Shown: positions 1 to 9,675 of the stretch, piece after piece
Position numbering within the stretch: position 1 is the stretch's first letter
How the letters are laid out: every line of letters begins with the position of its first letter
IMG/VR virus record: IMGVR_UViG_3300032219_001774
Span: 1-33,032 of that record
Length of the DNA stretch: 33,032 nucleotides
Source: a virus
Lineage: Duplodnaviria > Caudoviricetes
Reading direction: 5' to 3' (one strand)
Program-made: the position numbers and the translations under genes
The notes under the pieces: model-generated
What the model saw: only the letters and a program-made list of their open reading frames with translations
Database searches by the model: none
Told to the model about the DNA's origin: nothing

Positions 1-2
1 AC

Positions 3-281
3 TCCCTGAGTGAAAAAAGATTCACTAGGGCCCAAGTTCAAACCAGCAACATAGCCGATGACAGAATAGTAATTACAGCAAGTGCTTATGATCCTGACTC
101 TCAAGAAATGATTCTTGATTACACTTTTGAAGGCGGGACTCATACCACATTGCGACCAAGAGTTGCGTTGCGCGGATCGGCAATTGACATTCAGGTTCAA
201 ATTCTTTCTGGGTCACCTTCAGTTAAAACGATAAGCGTGACCGGCATCACAACAGATCGGCAGATGATCTCACAGGAATAG
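3..281 (+). CDS. 3' end of a structural gene (probable tail tubular/nozzle or head-stabilisation protein), 5'-truncated by the window
   Basis: Frame 3 is open from the window edge (SLSEKRFTRAQVQ...RQMISQE*) to TAG 279-281, which overlaps the next start. It sits just before the GNAT-like and ejection genes, as in podovirus tail modules. Confidence 0.55.
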   Translation, partial: SLSEKRFTRAQVQTSNIADDRIVITASAYDPDSQEMILDYTFEGGTHTTLRPRVALRGSAIDIQVQILSGSPSVKTISVTGITTDRQMISQE

Positions 282-730
282 TGAAAACACTTACACTAGA
301 GCTTTACGAAAGAATCATTCAGGCCGTTTATGATAAATCTCGCAATCATCTTAATATGCTTGGGCATGTCACAAAAGATGAGTGCTCTGAGTACATCGGC
401 TTTTATGCTTTTCACGGAGGTCTGTTTTGGAGCGAGCAGGATGGTCAAATTTGTGGAGTATCAACAGCACATCCAGGGCAGCGCAACATTGACTGGACAT
501 GGGATGGTCCTGCCGGAATATGGACTGCCCATCTTGTTTGGGCCGAAAACCCAGAAGCTCACGCAGAAGTCTTGCAACAGTTTTTGGAAACAAGACAAGA
601 ACCAGTCAAAGAGCTTTGGACTTGGCGAAAGCATAAGACTGTTGCATTAACTAGGAAGAAGCTAGAAAGGATTTTATCTTATGGGCGGAGGAGGAACAAC
701 AATTCAGGCACCAGAGGCTCCAAGGTATGA
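281..730 (+). CDS. Hypothetical virion-assembly protein, possibly GNAT-like (P22 gp14/T7 gp13 position)
   Basis: 149 aa, GTG start coupled to the upstream TAG. Alternating beta/alpha pattern. Lies between the tail gene and the first ejection gene. Function inferred from synteny. Confidence 0.45.
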   Translation: MKTLTLELYERIIQAVYDKSRNHLNMLGHVTKDECSEYIGFYAFHGGLFWSEQDGQICGVSTAHPGQRNIDWTWDGPAGIWTAHLVWAENPEAHAEVLQQFLETRQEPVKELWTWRKHKTVALTRKKLERILSYGRRRNNNSGTRGSKV

Positions 731-3314
731 CCAAGCAACGCGTGAAACGCTGCAAGCGCAGATAGATTTAGCTCCTCCCCAGTATGCGGCAGAGGCTCAA
801 TTTAGGCCGCTTTACAGTGCGCTCACAGCCGCAGATCAGGCATTTCAGACTCAGCAAGCGTTAAACATTGCTAGGCAAGCCTACCCGCAGATTGCTGCGA
901 TGGAGGCCGATTACAATCAGGCCAATCGTGCTGCTGAATTAGGCCAGCTTCAAACTGCCCTGCCTGCGTACCAGCAGGCTTTTAACGCCCTTACTCCTGG
1001 ATACGCTCAGGCCGTTGCGAACGCCGGTCAGTTGGCCCAAGCAGCCACTGAGCAGTCGTTAAACAGGCCCATATTTGGCTCCTATCTTGGTGGATTAAAT
1101 GACCCATACGGCACTCCTGTTGCCGCGCGTCAGCAGCAGGTAGTCGCAGTTGCTCAGCCGGGACAAGTGCCAACTCAAGTTCAACAACCAATTGCTCCGC
1201 GGCCTGTAGCGCCGACTCAAGGCATTCAGGTTGATCAAGGGCTGTCTGATAGATTCGTTCAATTTACGCAACAGATGCAGCAGTCGCTGCCCGGAGCTGT
1301 TGCTGCCCCAGTAAACCCTGGAGGCCCCATTGCTCCAGTGCGCGCCGCTGCACGCGGAGGTCGCGGTTTGATTACAAACCAGGAAGAAATCGACGCTCAG
1401 AATGCCAAGATTGCTCAGTACCAAACTGACCTTGCTGCGTTTAACGCGGCTGAGCCTGCAAGAAAAGCAGCTTCGTCAGAGTTTTTGGCTGCCTTCAACC
1501 CTGCCGCGGCATTTGCCCCTAGGGCTTCCGCACCCGCTCAAATACAGGGTCCAGTATTGCCTTCTGGACCACTTGGTGCTGGAGGGGCTCCAGTATCTGC
1601 TCTTGGAGGACCAGGCACAATGACTGGACAGATGCAGGGTCCGGCTTTGCCTTTTGGGCCTCAGGAGTTAGCTCCTAGAATCCAGCAAGCGCAAGCCCAG
1701 CCTGGTCAGTCAATGCAATCTGTGCTACAGACCCAACAAGGACAAGGTAGCGCAGCTATTATTCCGGCAGCCCAGCAGGCCGCATATCAGCAGGCATTTC
1801 AGAATCAACAACAGACCATGCAGCCTCAGGTGTCCATGAGAGCACCGCTTGAGCCTAATCAGTTGGCCGCGCAAGGTGGCGCTGCACCTTCTAGCATACG
1901 AGACACTCCCGCCGGTTCGTATATCAACGCAGTCCAAAACTTCACACCTACGAACGTGGCGTATGGGGCTGGAATGCCTCAGGAAGCTGGCTATCTCAAT
2001 CAGGTGCAGAGCGCACAGGCTGCCGCCCGAACCGCCGGGATGGTGCCTACGGCTGCAAACATGCAGCGTGTTGCAGGTCCGCAGCTAGCGTCCAACATTC
2101 AGAACCTGGACCAGAATGCGGTCAACCAGTACATCGCTGCAATGCCAGGCATGGGGCAGTACGCCAACATGCTGGCACAGCAGTCTCAGGCTGAGCTTTC
2201 GGCAGGCAGAAGCCTTACCGCAGAAGAGCAGCGCATGGCCGATCAGGCTGCCCGCTCTGCGTATGCTGCCCGCGGAACTGCACTCGGACCTCAGGCTGTT
2301 AACTTTGAAATCCTCAACCGTGCTGACGTTGCCAATCAACGCTACCAGCAGCGGTTGCAGAATGCTGCTCAGGCTGCTGGCACGATTCAAGGAATTTACC
2401 AGCCGGCCCTACAGCAGTCTTTGCAACGCCAGCAGCTTGGAATCGATTACGGGCTAGGACTCCAGCAGCAGGCCTTTGGTCAGGCTCAAGCGCGGGACGC
2501 AATGAACCAGCAGCTACAGGCACAGCGTTACGCCCAGGCCATGGGCACGCAACAGGCTGGTTTTGGTCAAGCCACTACAAGGGAGAATCTAAACCAAGAC
2601 ATCCAGCAAAAGCGGTACGACCAACTCATGGGTCAACAAAGGCTTGTGCAGAGTGCTCAGGAACAGGCTTACAATCAAGCCATGGGCCGCGAGCAGCTTG
2701 GCACAGGGCTACAGCAGACTGCCTTTAATCAGGCCATACAACGCGGCCAAGCAGAGCAGCAGGCATACACCGCCAGCACGGCAGCGCAGGCTGGTCAGGC
2801 AGCTTTGGGCGCGAGTGCAATGTCTCAATTGCAGCAGGCTCAGGCTCCTATTCTGCAAGCCTTTTACAAGCAACCCATTCTTCAGGGGCAAGAAAATCAA
2901 GCGCAGCAGTTGGCTCTTGCTGCTCAACAGCTATCTGGACCGCAGTTGTTCAACCCAGAGTCGCAGACTGGCATTGGCAGTATCTACGGAGCGTACAACT
3001 CGAAAGTAAATCTAGCCACCGCTCAAGCTCAGGCAAATGCTGCTGCAAAAGCTGGGCAAATGGGAATGTTTGGATCGCTTGGAGGATCTGCAATTGGTGC
3101 CGCTGGATTACTTGCGTTCTGTTGGGTGGCCAGAGAGGTGTACGGAACAGAAAATCCAAGGTGGATGCAATTCCGTGACTGGATGCTTGCAAACGCCAGC
3201 GATGATTTTGTGGATGCTTATATCCAGCATGGCCCCAAGGTTGCTGAGTTTATTTCTGATAAGCCTGAGCTTAAAAACATGATCCGTTCTTGGATGGACT
3301 CGAAGATTTCTTAA
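681..3314 (+). CDS. Q/A/G-rich internal virion (DNA ejection/pilot) protein with a C-terminal CWVAREVYG domain
   Basis: 877 aa. MGGGG...APEAP N-terminus, long Q/A-rich helical tracts, a Gly-rich hydrophobic segment, then a 64-aa domain resembling the CFI-box-CTERM pattern. Confidence 0.7.
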   Translation: MGGGGTTIQAPEAPRYDQATRETLQAQIDLAPPQYAAEAQFRPLYSALTAADQAFQTQQALNIARQAYPQIAAMEADYNQANRAAELGQLQTALPAYQQAFNALTPGYAQAVANAGQLAQAATEQSLNRPIFGSYLGGLNDPYGTPVAARQQQVVAVAQPGQVPTQVQQPIAPRPVAPTQGIQVDQGLSDRFVQFTQQMQQSLPGAVAAPVNPGGPIAPVRAAARGGRGLITNQEEIDAQNAKIAQYQTDLAAFNAAEPARKAASSEFLAAFNPAAAFAPRASAPAQIQGPVLPSGPLGAGGAPVSALGGPGTMTGQMQGPALPFGPQELAPRIQQAQAQPGQSMQSVLQTQQGQGSAAIIPAAQQAAYQQAFQNQQQTMQPQVSMRAPLEPNQLAAQGGAAPSSIRDTPAGSYINAVQNFTPTNVAYGAGMPQEAGYLNQVQSAQAAARTAGMVPTAANMQRVAGPQLASNIQNLDQNAVNQYIAAMPGMGQYANMLAQQSQAELSAGRSLTAEEQRMADQAARSAYAARGTALGPQAVNFEILNRADVANQRYQQRLQNAAQAAGTIQGIYQPALQQSLQRQQLGIDYGLGLQQQAFGQAQARDAMNQQLQAQRYAQAMGTQQAGFGQATTRENLNQDIQQKRYDQLMGQQRLVQSAQEQAYNQAMGREQLGTGLQQTAFNQAIQRGQAEQQAYTASTAAQAGQAALGASAMSQLQQAQAPILQAFYKQPILQGQENQAQQLALAAQQLSGPQLFNPESQTGIGSIYGAYNSKVNLATAQAQANAAAKAGQMGMFGSLGGSAIGAAGLLAFCWVAREVYGTENPRWMQFRDWMLANASDDFVDAYIQHGPKVAEFISDKPELKNMIRSWMDSKIS

Positions 3315-3316
3315 TT

Positions 3317-4057
3317 ATGGCAAGACCAATCAATCCATATCAAGGCCCGGCACCAGCCTCCATAGGTATGATGGGCCAGGGCCTCATTGAGGCTGGAGCC
3401 AACATTGGACGCTCGATTCAGGGTGGCTACCAAGCACTTGGACAGGGCTTGGCCAGTGGCATCACCGCAGCCGCCCAGGCGTATAAACAAAGCAAAGACG
3501 ACCAAGCCAAGTTTGACGCTACTAAAAAGCTGTTTGGCGCATTCGAGAGCTATCTTCCAAAACAAAAAGACCCTCAGACCGGGAAAGAATTTAGCCCAAT
3601 TGGAGATGAAATCAGGTCTATCTTTAACGACACAACGATGTCGGTTAGGGAGAAGAATGCCATGGCTCCAACATTGCTTAGCTTTCTCGCAAACGCGCAA
3701 CAGCAAGCAGGCAGGGAATCTGTAGCAAACATTATGAACACTGGTCGTGTTGAGGCCGCTGGCACACGCAGGCCGGCACCCATCACTGGCGGGTCGTTTG
3801 GTGAAGTACGAGGTGTTGACGATTACATGAACCTGCCCACAAATTCATCACAGGGCAATCCTGCGCCGCTTCAATCAACTCAACAGCAAGGATCTCCAAT
3901 GATTTCCGCTGATGGAAGCTCTGTGTATGATCCCATAAAAGGAAGATGGGTAAGGCTAGATAATAACGCAAGGACTGGAGAAATTGTTCCAGATAATTAC
4001 TACGACAATACTGACAATTTAATGTTTGATCCAAGGACAAAAAGGATTACACAGTAA
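3317..4057 (+). CDS. Putative internal virion/ejection protein
   Basis: ATG 3317 two bases after the previous stop (preferred over 3290). G/A-rich amphipathic N-terminus (GANIGRSIQGGYQALGQGLASGI). Ejectosome synteny. Confidence 0.6.
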   Translation: MARPINPYQGPAPASIGMMGQGLIEAGANIGRSIQGGYQALGQGLASGITAAAQAYKQSKDDQAKFDATKKLFGAFESYLPKQKDPQTGKEFSPIGDEIRSIFNDTTMSVREKNAMAPTLLSFLANAQQQAGRESVANIMNTGRVEAAGTRRPAPITGGSFGEVRGVDDYMNLPTNSSQGNPAPLQSTQQQGSPMISADGSSVYDPIKGRWVRLDNNARTGEIVPDNYYDNTDNLMFDPRTKRITQ

Positions 4058-4060
4058 ATT

Positions 4061-5722
4061 ATGGCTGATCCAACTTACCTAGACAGGCTTTACGACGAGA
4101 TCGGTCAGTACGGAGATCGCGTCAGAAACACAATTTTTGAGCCAGATCGCCGTGTGTTTTTGAATAAGATTATAAGCAACTGGACTACTCCTTACGAAAC
4201 TCCTGAAAGGAGACAAGAGGCAATGCGCCTTGCTGCACAGCAGACCAAAGAGCAGTACATGGCGCAGCAGAACGCTGGGCAGCTTTCTTTGGAAGATGCC
4301 ACAGAATCGCAGGCAATTCGTGAGGCTATTGGTAAACAGCTTTATTACCTTAAGCCTGATACGGCTTACCTAACTGAGCAGGAGCGTCTCAGAATGCAAG
4401 CGGTCAAAGAAGGCTACATGGCGCAACAAGAGGCTGCTAGGCCAACGGAGCAGTATGAGCAGCCAAGTGTTTCTGGACTCGATCCATACATTCAATACTT
4501 GGAGGAGAACAAGGAATTGCTTAAGAATCCTGAATACGCTGCTCCGACCCGCGAAGAGTTTAATCAATACTTTGTCAATAGGCAGGCTCCTCCAAAGGCT
4601 ACTCTTGATCCGTATACTGAGTATTTGCGTCAAAACGAAACTTTGCTGATGGGGCCACAGGGTCAATATGCAGCACCTACTCGCGAAGAGTATCAAAAGT
4701 ACTTTGTAGAGGGCCAAGCTCCTCCAAAGGCAGTTGCCGTGCCACCTGCGGTTGCGGAGATGGCAGCAGCCATGCCAATGCAACCACAGCCTCGCAGTAT
4801 CCCAACGCTCTCAGAAGTCCCACAAGAGGCGATTGCAGCCCAGCAGCCTAAGCAGCCGCGAGGGATGACTATTAGGGACCAGATTGCTGCGCTCCCGTAT
4901 GAGGCAGACAGGCTTGAGGCAACCAGAAAGGTTGTCGAGCAGGCTAGGGCCGCAGAGTTTGACAGAGGGATGAGGTATATCGCAGATACTTACGGTGACA
5001 TTGGATTGCCTAATGCAAAAAATGCTCGAGAAGTTCTTGAAAAGACCATCGACATTAAATTGCCAATGCCCAAGCCGGTAGAGGAAAGCGCCCAGTACAA
5101 GGCTGCTGAAAAGAACTGGGATGGCGGGCTTAGGGACAGGCAGAAGCGCCTTGTGTCAGCGTATAATGTTGTTCAAAAGTCGCAGGCTTTAATGGACAAA
5201 GACCCAAATGAGGCTCTTTTGTTTATGCGGGCAGCTATGGCAAAACCATTGCAGTCCATCATCTCAAGTGACGCAATTCAGGTTAGCGAAATGCTGATTC
5301 AATATCAGGACTTGTTAAATGCTCCGGCCTTTGCGCAGCTTACGGGGAAGCAACCCACAAACCCTGCTATTCTGTTTAATAAGTACTTATCCCTAGACGA
5401 AAAAGAGCAAGGCACTTTTTTTAATAGGCTTGTTTCTGCAATGGTTGAGGCCAACCCACAGAGGGCACTCAAAAATGCCATTTACACCGTCAATTCGTAT
5501 GTTGATGGGTACAACAAGGACATTGATGACCAGGTTGTTTTGCCAACAAGTCCAGCAATAGCAAAGCGGTTAGGTGCTGTGCAGTTTAAGCCTCTTGAAA
5601 ACAGGCAGTCACAAAACGAACTGCCAGACACATATCCTCAAGCTGGTGTTTCTGTGCCGGCTCAGCAAAAGTCTGCTGTGCCACTCGATATTGAGGCAAT
5701 GCGCAGTCGCTACAAAAAGTAA
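4061..5722 (+). CDS. Putative internal virion/ejection protein with an internal tandem repeat
   Basis: 553 aa, helical and Q/E/A-rich. Two ~42-aa repeats (LDPY..YL..N..LL....YAAPTREE...YFV..QAPPKA). Lies between ejection genes. Confidence 0.6.
   Translation: MADPTYLDRLYDEIGQYGDRVRNTIFEPDRRVFLNKIISNWTTPYETPERRQEAMRLAAQQTKEQYMAQQNAGQLSLEDATESQAIREAIGKQLYYLKPDTAYLTEQERLRMQAVKEGYMAQQEAARPTEQYEQPSVSGLDPYIQYLEENKELLKNPEYAAPTREEFNQYFVNRQAPPKATLDPYTEYLRQNETLLMGPQGQYAAPTREEYQKYFVEGQAPPKAVAVPPAVAEMAAAMPMQPQPRSIPTLSEVPQEAIAAQQPKQPRGMTIRDQIAALPYEADRLEATRKVVEQARAAEFDRGMRYIADTYGDIGLPNAKNAREVLEKTIDIKLPMPKPVEESAQYKAAEKNWDGGLRDRQKRLVSAYNVVQKSQALMDKDPNEALLFMRAAMAKPLQSIISSDAIQVSEMLIQYQDLLNAPAFAQLTGKQPTNPAILFNKYLSLDEKEQGTFFNRLVSAMVEANPQRALKNAIYTVNSYVDGYNKDIDDQVVLPTSPAIAKRLGAVQFKPLENRQSQNELPDTYPQAGVSVPAQQKSAVPLDIEAMRSRYKK
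4478..4732 (+). repeat. Two diverged in-frame tandem repeats (126 and 129 bp)
   Basis: 4478-4603 and 4604-4732 share gatcc.ta, cgcgaagagt, tactttgt and gctcctccaaaggc. Confidence 0.85.
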
Positions 5723-5727
5723 CCACC

Positions 5728-8022
5728 ATGGCTGACATCAATGAACTTTACGACCTTTTAAGGAGTGCTGACGCTGCCGCCCAGGCAGGCGACCAGCAAG
5801 CGGTGGCTGATGTTCAGGCATTGCTTGGCGAGTTGGACCGATTGCAGGCAACAGAGAAGCCGGCGACAAAGGCTGCTCCAAGCATGGGTGAAGAAGCATT
5901 GCAAACTGCTGCTCCTGTGATTCGTGGAGTATTGCCTACCCTTGCCATGATGGGTGCTGGAGCAGCAGCGGCAACAGCAGTTGGAGCGCCGGCACTAGCT
6001 GGAGCTGGAGCTTTAGCCACTGGGGCAATGCTTGCTGATCCAGTGATTGCTGGAGTCAATAAGCTGTTTGGCACTCGACTTACGACCCCTACGGAAGCTT
6101 GGTCGCACTTGATGGATCAGCTTGGGATTCCTGTGTCTAGCACTGAAGGGCAGAGGCTTATTGAGGCCATTTCTGCTGGAGGCATAAGTGCCCTCAGCGG
6201 AGTTGGAGCAGGCAAGATGCTTCAGGGCTTATCGTCTCCTTTGGCTAAGCGTGTTGGCGCAGCTTTGGCATCAGGGCCAGGGCAGCAAGTGGTAGCTGGC
6301 ATGGGTGCTGGAGCGGGCGGAGAGCTGGCAAGATCTAGTGCTGAATCAGCCGGCCTTGGAGAAACAGGACAAACGGTAGCCGGACTTGTTGGCGGGCTTG
6401 CTGGCGGCATGGCCGGCGCAAGAATAGGAGCTTCGCGTAGTCTTGCTCCAAGGCAGCCAAATGTGCCTGGAATGACTCCAGCAGAAGTTTCTGCAACAGT
6501 TGCTGCTGCCGAGGCAGAGGGCAAATCAGTAATGACCTCTGATTATTATCAGCCTAATACAAAATGGGGAAAACTCAGACAGGAATTTACTGAAGGAACA
6601 CTTCTTGGCACTGCTCCGCAAAGAGCAAGAGAGCAGCAGGATCGTGTAAACACGGTCAGCGAATTGTTGTCGCACTTTGGTGCATCTGCGGACTCAGATG
6701 TCATCAATGACGTGATGAAGTCGCTTGGCACTACTAGGGCAAGCAACTTAGCCACTTGGACTGGACAGAAGAATGCTATTGTTGGTCGCGTTTCTTCTGG
6801 AATGCCGGCCATGCAGGCTACTGAGCTGCAATCTACCCTTAACACAATAGACGCTGAAGCAAGGCGGATGGCGGGCATTAATCAAAGGTTTTATGCCCCT
6901 GCAATCGCAAAACTATCTGAACTTAGATCTGCGCTGCTTGGTGACGAAATTATTGATCCAGCAACCAGTGCTATTATTGGATACACTGGTAAGCCCTTGG
7001 CTCAAATCGAGCCTAACTTAAAAGTAATTGGCACTTCATTGGCAAAAGACCCAACGCTTGCTCACATTAAAAGTGACTTCGAGAAGGTCAGCCGCAAAGT
7101 TTACAGATCACTGCGCAATGATGTAAGAGGCTTTATTGAAGCAGCAGAAGGTCCAGGGGTTGCATCTGAATGGTCTAGGGCAAACTCTGAGATTTATGGA
7201 ATGATTAAAGAAACGGAGTCTACTGCACTTCGTTCCGTGCTGCGCCGGGGCACTGCAAATCCTGAGCAAGTGGGTCAGTTGCTGTTTTCCTCAAAGCCAA
7301 GCGATGTAAAGATTTTGGTCAACAACCTGGATCAGGCTGGGCTCGACAACGCAAAGTCCGCTATTTTATCCAAAGCTGCTAAAGATTCTTTGGTTAGCAG
7401 CGGAGACATTTCTATCCCAAAGTTTCTGAATAACGTACAGAAACTCTCAAAGCCAATTGGCGTTGTATTTGAGCCAGCAGAACTAGATGTGCTTAACGGC
7501 AAGATAAATTACCTTAAGTTGACGCAGCGATCTGGCTCGTTTAACGACAATCCGCAGACTGGCGCAAAGCTGGCAATGCCGTTGTTCGTGCAGATGATTA
7601 GCAGCGCTGTTGGTGGGGTCGCAAATGCTGCTGGCGCGCTTGGCGGAATCGGGCTGGCTGCTCGTGCGTATGAGTCTCCAACCACGCGCAAGCTACTGAT
7701 GAAGCTGCCAAGTCTCAAGCCAAATAGCCCTGAGCAGATGGCAATGGCCAAGCGCATCACAGAGTCACTGCATTCTGACTACGTCAACCAGGTTGCTGAC
7801 CAGACGCGCAACCAACAGATGACCTTCTTGCCTGAAACAACTCAACAGGAGCAGCTTGGTCAAGGCATGTCAGCCACAGATTCTACTACCGGCTACCGCA
7901 TGTTGAGCAAAGACGGCAAAAAATTTGGGCTGTATGGTCCTGACAACAGGCGAATTGGGATCTTTAGCTCTCAGGAGGACGCCCGCCGCAAAGCAGAAAA
8001 AGAGTTCAGAAAACGCAAATAA
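5728..8022 (+). CDS. Large DNA transfer/ejection protein (P22 gp16-like)
   Basis: 764 aa with Gly/Ala-rich hydrophobic N-half. VMTSD..QP..K.GK..Q, PEQVGQLLFS, RAYESP..R.LLM segments resemble, by recall, P22/Sf6-family DNA transfer proteins. Confidence 0.75.
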   Translation: MADINELYDLLRSADAAAQAGDQQAVADVQALLGELDRLQATEKPATKAAPSMGEEALQTAAPVIRGVLPTLAMMGAGAAAATAVGAPALAGAGALATGAMLADPVIAGVNKLFGTRLTTPTEAWSHLMDQLGIPVSSTEGQRLIEAISAGGISALSGVGAGKMLQGLSSPLAKRVGAALASGPGQQVVAGMGAGAGGELARSSAESAGLGETGQTVAGLVGGLAGGMAGARIGASRSLAPRQPNVPGMTPAEVSATVAAAEAEGKSVMTSDYYQPNTKWGKLRQEFTEGTLLGTAPQRAREQQDRVNTVSELLSHFGASADSDVINDVMKSLGTTRASNLATWTGQKNAIVGRVSSGMPAMQATELQSTLNTIDAEARRMAGINQRFYAPAIAKLSELRSALLGDEIIDPATSAIIGYTGKPLAQIEPNLKVIGTSLAKDPTLAHIKSDFEKVSRKVYRSLRNDVRGFIEAAEGPGVASEWSRANSEIYGMIKETESTALRSVLRRGTANPEQVGQLLFSSKPSDVKILVNNLDQAGLDNAKSAILSKAAKDSLVSSGDISIPKFLNNVQKLSKPIGVVFEPAELDVLNGKINYLKLTQRSGSFNDNPQTGAKLAMPLFVQMISSAVGGVANAAGALGGIGLAARAYESPTTRKLLMKLPSLKPNSPEQMAMAKRITESLHSDYVNQVADQTRNQQMTFLPETTQQEQLGQGMSATDSTTGYRMLSKDGKKFGLYGPDNRRIGIFSSQEDARRKAEKEFRKRK

Positions 8023-8026
8023 TCCT

Positions 8027-8179
8027 ATGCCACTCAAGCACTCACCCACAGAAAAGGCTTTCGTTGAGAACATCCGCACCGAGATCAAGTCCGGCAAGCC
8101 ACCCAAGCAGGCCCAAGCTATTGCGTACTCGGTCCAGAAGGAAGCCGCCAAGAAACAGGCATCCGCAAAAAAGCGTTAA
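8027..8179 (+). CDS. Small basic phage protein (MPLK...AF.ENI..E.K.GKP.KQA.AIAYS type)
   Basis: 50 aa from ATG 8027. Recognisable recurrent phage small-protein pattern. Confidence 0.7.
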   Translation: MPLKHSPTEKAFVENIRTEIKSGKPPKQAQAIAYSVQKEAAKKQASAKKR

Positions 8180-8283
8180 AGTTTTCTTGAATCACTGCCG
8201 ATTTGGGAGTTGTCTGCCAACCAGCGGTGGTTGATGCGGAGGCAGTCAGCCTTCGCCCACTGCTAAACACACTAGAATCAAAT

Positions 8284-8964
8284 ATGAAGATAGCAAAAAT
8301 CGCTGACCTCGCAAACCTTGCGGACGGCAGCATCATCGGAGAAATGTCAGTGCAGGTTAAGGCTGCATTCCCTGCCAAGACTGGCGAGGGTAAATACGGA
8401 CCATGGAGGGTACAGCCCGCTATCCTCAAGGACAGCACCGGCGAAGTGCGGGCTTCCTTTTGGGTGAAGGATGAGCTTAAAGACCTGGTCGGCCAGACCA
8501 TCACCATCAAGAGCCAAGGTGGCTCTAAGGGCCTTCAGGGGCTCAGCGTGAAGTTCAGCAGCCATAGCAACACCAACGAGCTGAACATCAGCGAAAAGGC
8601 TGCCATCATCGACAGCGTCCGCGGCGCTGAGCAGCAATACGCCTCAGCAGTGAAGGCCAACGCACAGATTGCCAGTGGCCAAGGTGGTGGCACTCCTGCC
8701 GATGCCAAGCGCCTCATCTTCCAGCGCGCCCAACTCTATGTGGAGTGCGCTAAGGCTGCCAAGTGGGCTGCCGGCGAAGCTGGGATCACGGACGCTGAAG
8801 GACTTCAGGCTCTCCGTTCCAGCCTGTTCATCTCCGCTGACAAGGCCAACCTCTGGAACGTGTTTCCAGCCACCGCCGCCAAGCCAGCTCCGGCAGAAGT
8901 GCCTGACGAGATTCCCATGGGGGGCGATGACATCGATGAGTTCAGCAAGGAAGCCGGATGGTAA
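8284..8964 (+). CDS. OB-fold single-stranded DNA-binding protein
   Basis: ILKDSTGEVRASFW OB-fold signature and an acidic C-terminal tail ending in an aromatic residue (DDIDEFSKEAGW). First gene of the replication operon. Confidence 0.7.
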   Translation: MKIAKIADLANLADGSIIGEMSVQVKAAFPAKTGEGKYGPWRVQPAILKDSTGEVRASFWVKDELKDLVGQTITIKSQGGSKGLQGLSVKFSSHSNTNELNISEKAAIIDSVRGAEQQYASAVKANAQIASGQGGGTPADAKRLIFQRAQLYVECAKAAKWAAGEAGITDAEGLQALRSSLFISADKANLWNVFPATAAKPAPAEVPDEIPMGGDDIDEFSKEAGW

Positions 8965-9293
8965 ACTCCCGAGCCAAAGGTGCCCGCGGTGAGCGTCTCT
9001 GGCGTGATGAACTCCGCGAAGCTGGCTTCACTGCACGCAGGGGCCAGCAGTTCGCCGGGGGCACAGACTCGCCTGACGTAATCTGTGAGGAGCTAAAGAA
9101 CCTCCACATGGAAGTGAAGTGCGTGCAGTCTTTGAATCTCGATAAAGCCTGCGAACAGGCCGAGCGTGATGCAGGTTTGAAAGCCTGGATAGTTGCTCAC
9201 AAGAAGGACCGCAAGCACTGGAAAGTGACAATGGACGCAGGTACATTCTTCCAGCTCCTCCGTGAAGGCATGGATTGCTTCACGAAATCCTAG
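8958..9293 (+). CDS. Holliday junction resolvase, Hjc-type PD-(D/E)XK nuclease
   Basis: SRAKGARGER ... SPDV ... MEVK motifs. Confidence 0.85.
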   Translation: MVNSRAKGARGERLWRDELREAGFTARRGQQFAGGTDSPDVICEELKNLHMEVKCVQSLNLDKACEQAERDAGLKAWIVAHKKDRKHWKVTMDAGTFFQLLREGMDCFTKS

Positions 9294-9364
9294 GAGACAG
9301 TCAGGAGAGACTGACCAGGGGCCGCGCATCTGTCAAACACGCGGACCAACCAACAAAAACTATT

Positions 9365-9673
9365 ATGCCCAAAACAAAAACAAGCGGAGAAAGTACAAGG
9401 CTGAAGAAGGTGGCCCCACAACAGTGGCGCTCCCGGGTGGCTGCACTGCCACTCAAAATACGGACCGAAGTTGCCCACGTTATCTGGTGGGATTGGTTCT
9501 CAGGCCGGAACGTATCAGAGAGGTGGCCGCACATGGATAGCTACATCAGGCGGCCCAAGTGGCACCAGCCAACAGATGCCCAGATTATCGAGGGACTCAT
9601 ACTGTGTGGCTACTCCCATGGCTTTGCTGCCAAGCGCATCCGTGAAAACAGCAACGTGAAAAACAAAAAGTAG
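9365..9673 (+). CDS. Hypothetical protein (Trp-rich)
   Basis: ATG 9365 after an A/C-rich leader. Fills the operon gap and ends 2 nt before the next start. Confidence 0.6.
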   Translation: MPKTKTSGESTRLKKVAPQQWRSRVAALPLKIRTEVAHVIWWDWFSGRNVSERWPHMDSYIRRPKWHQPTDAQIIEGLILCGYSHGFAAKRIRENSNVKNKK

Positions 9674-9675
9674 CC

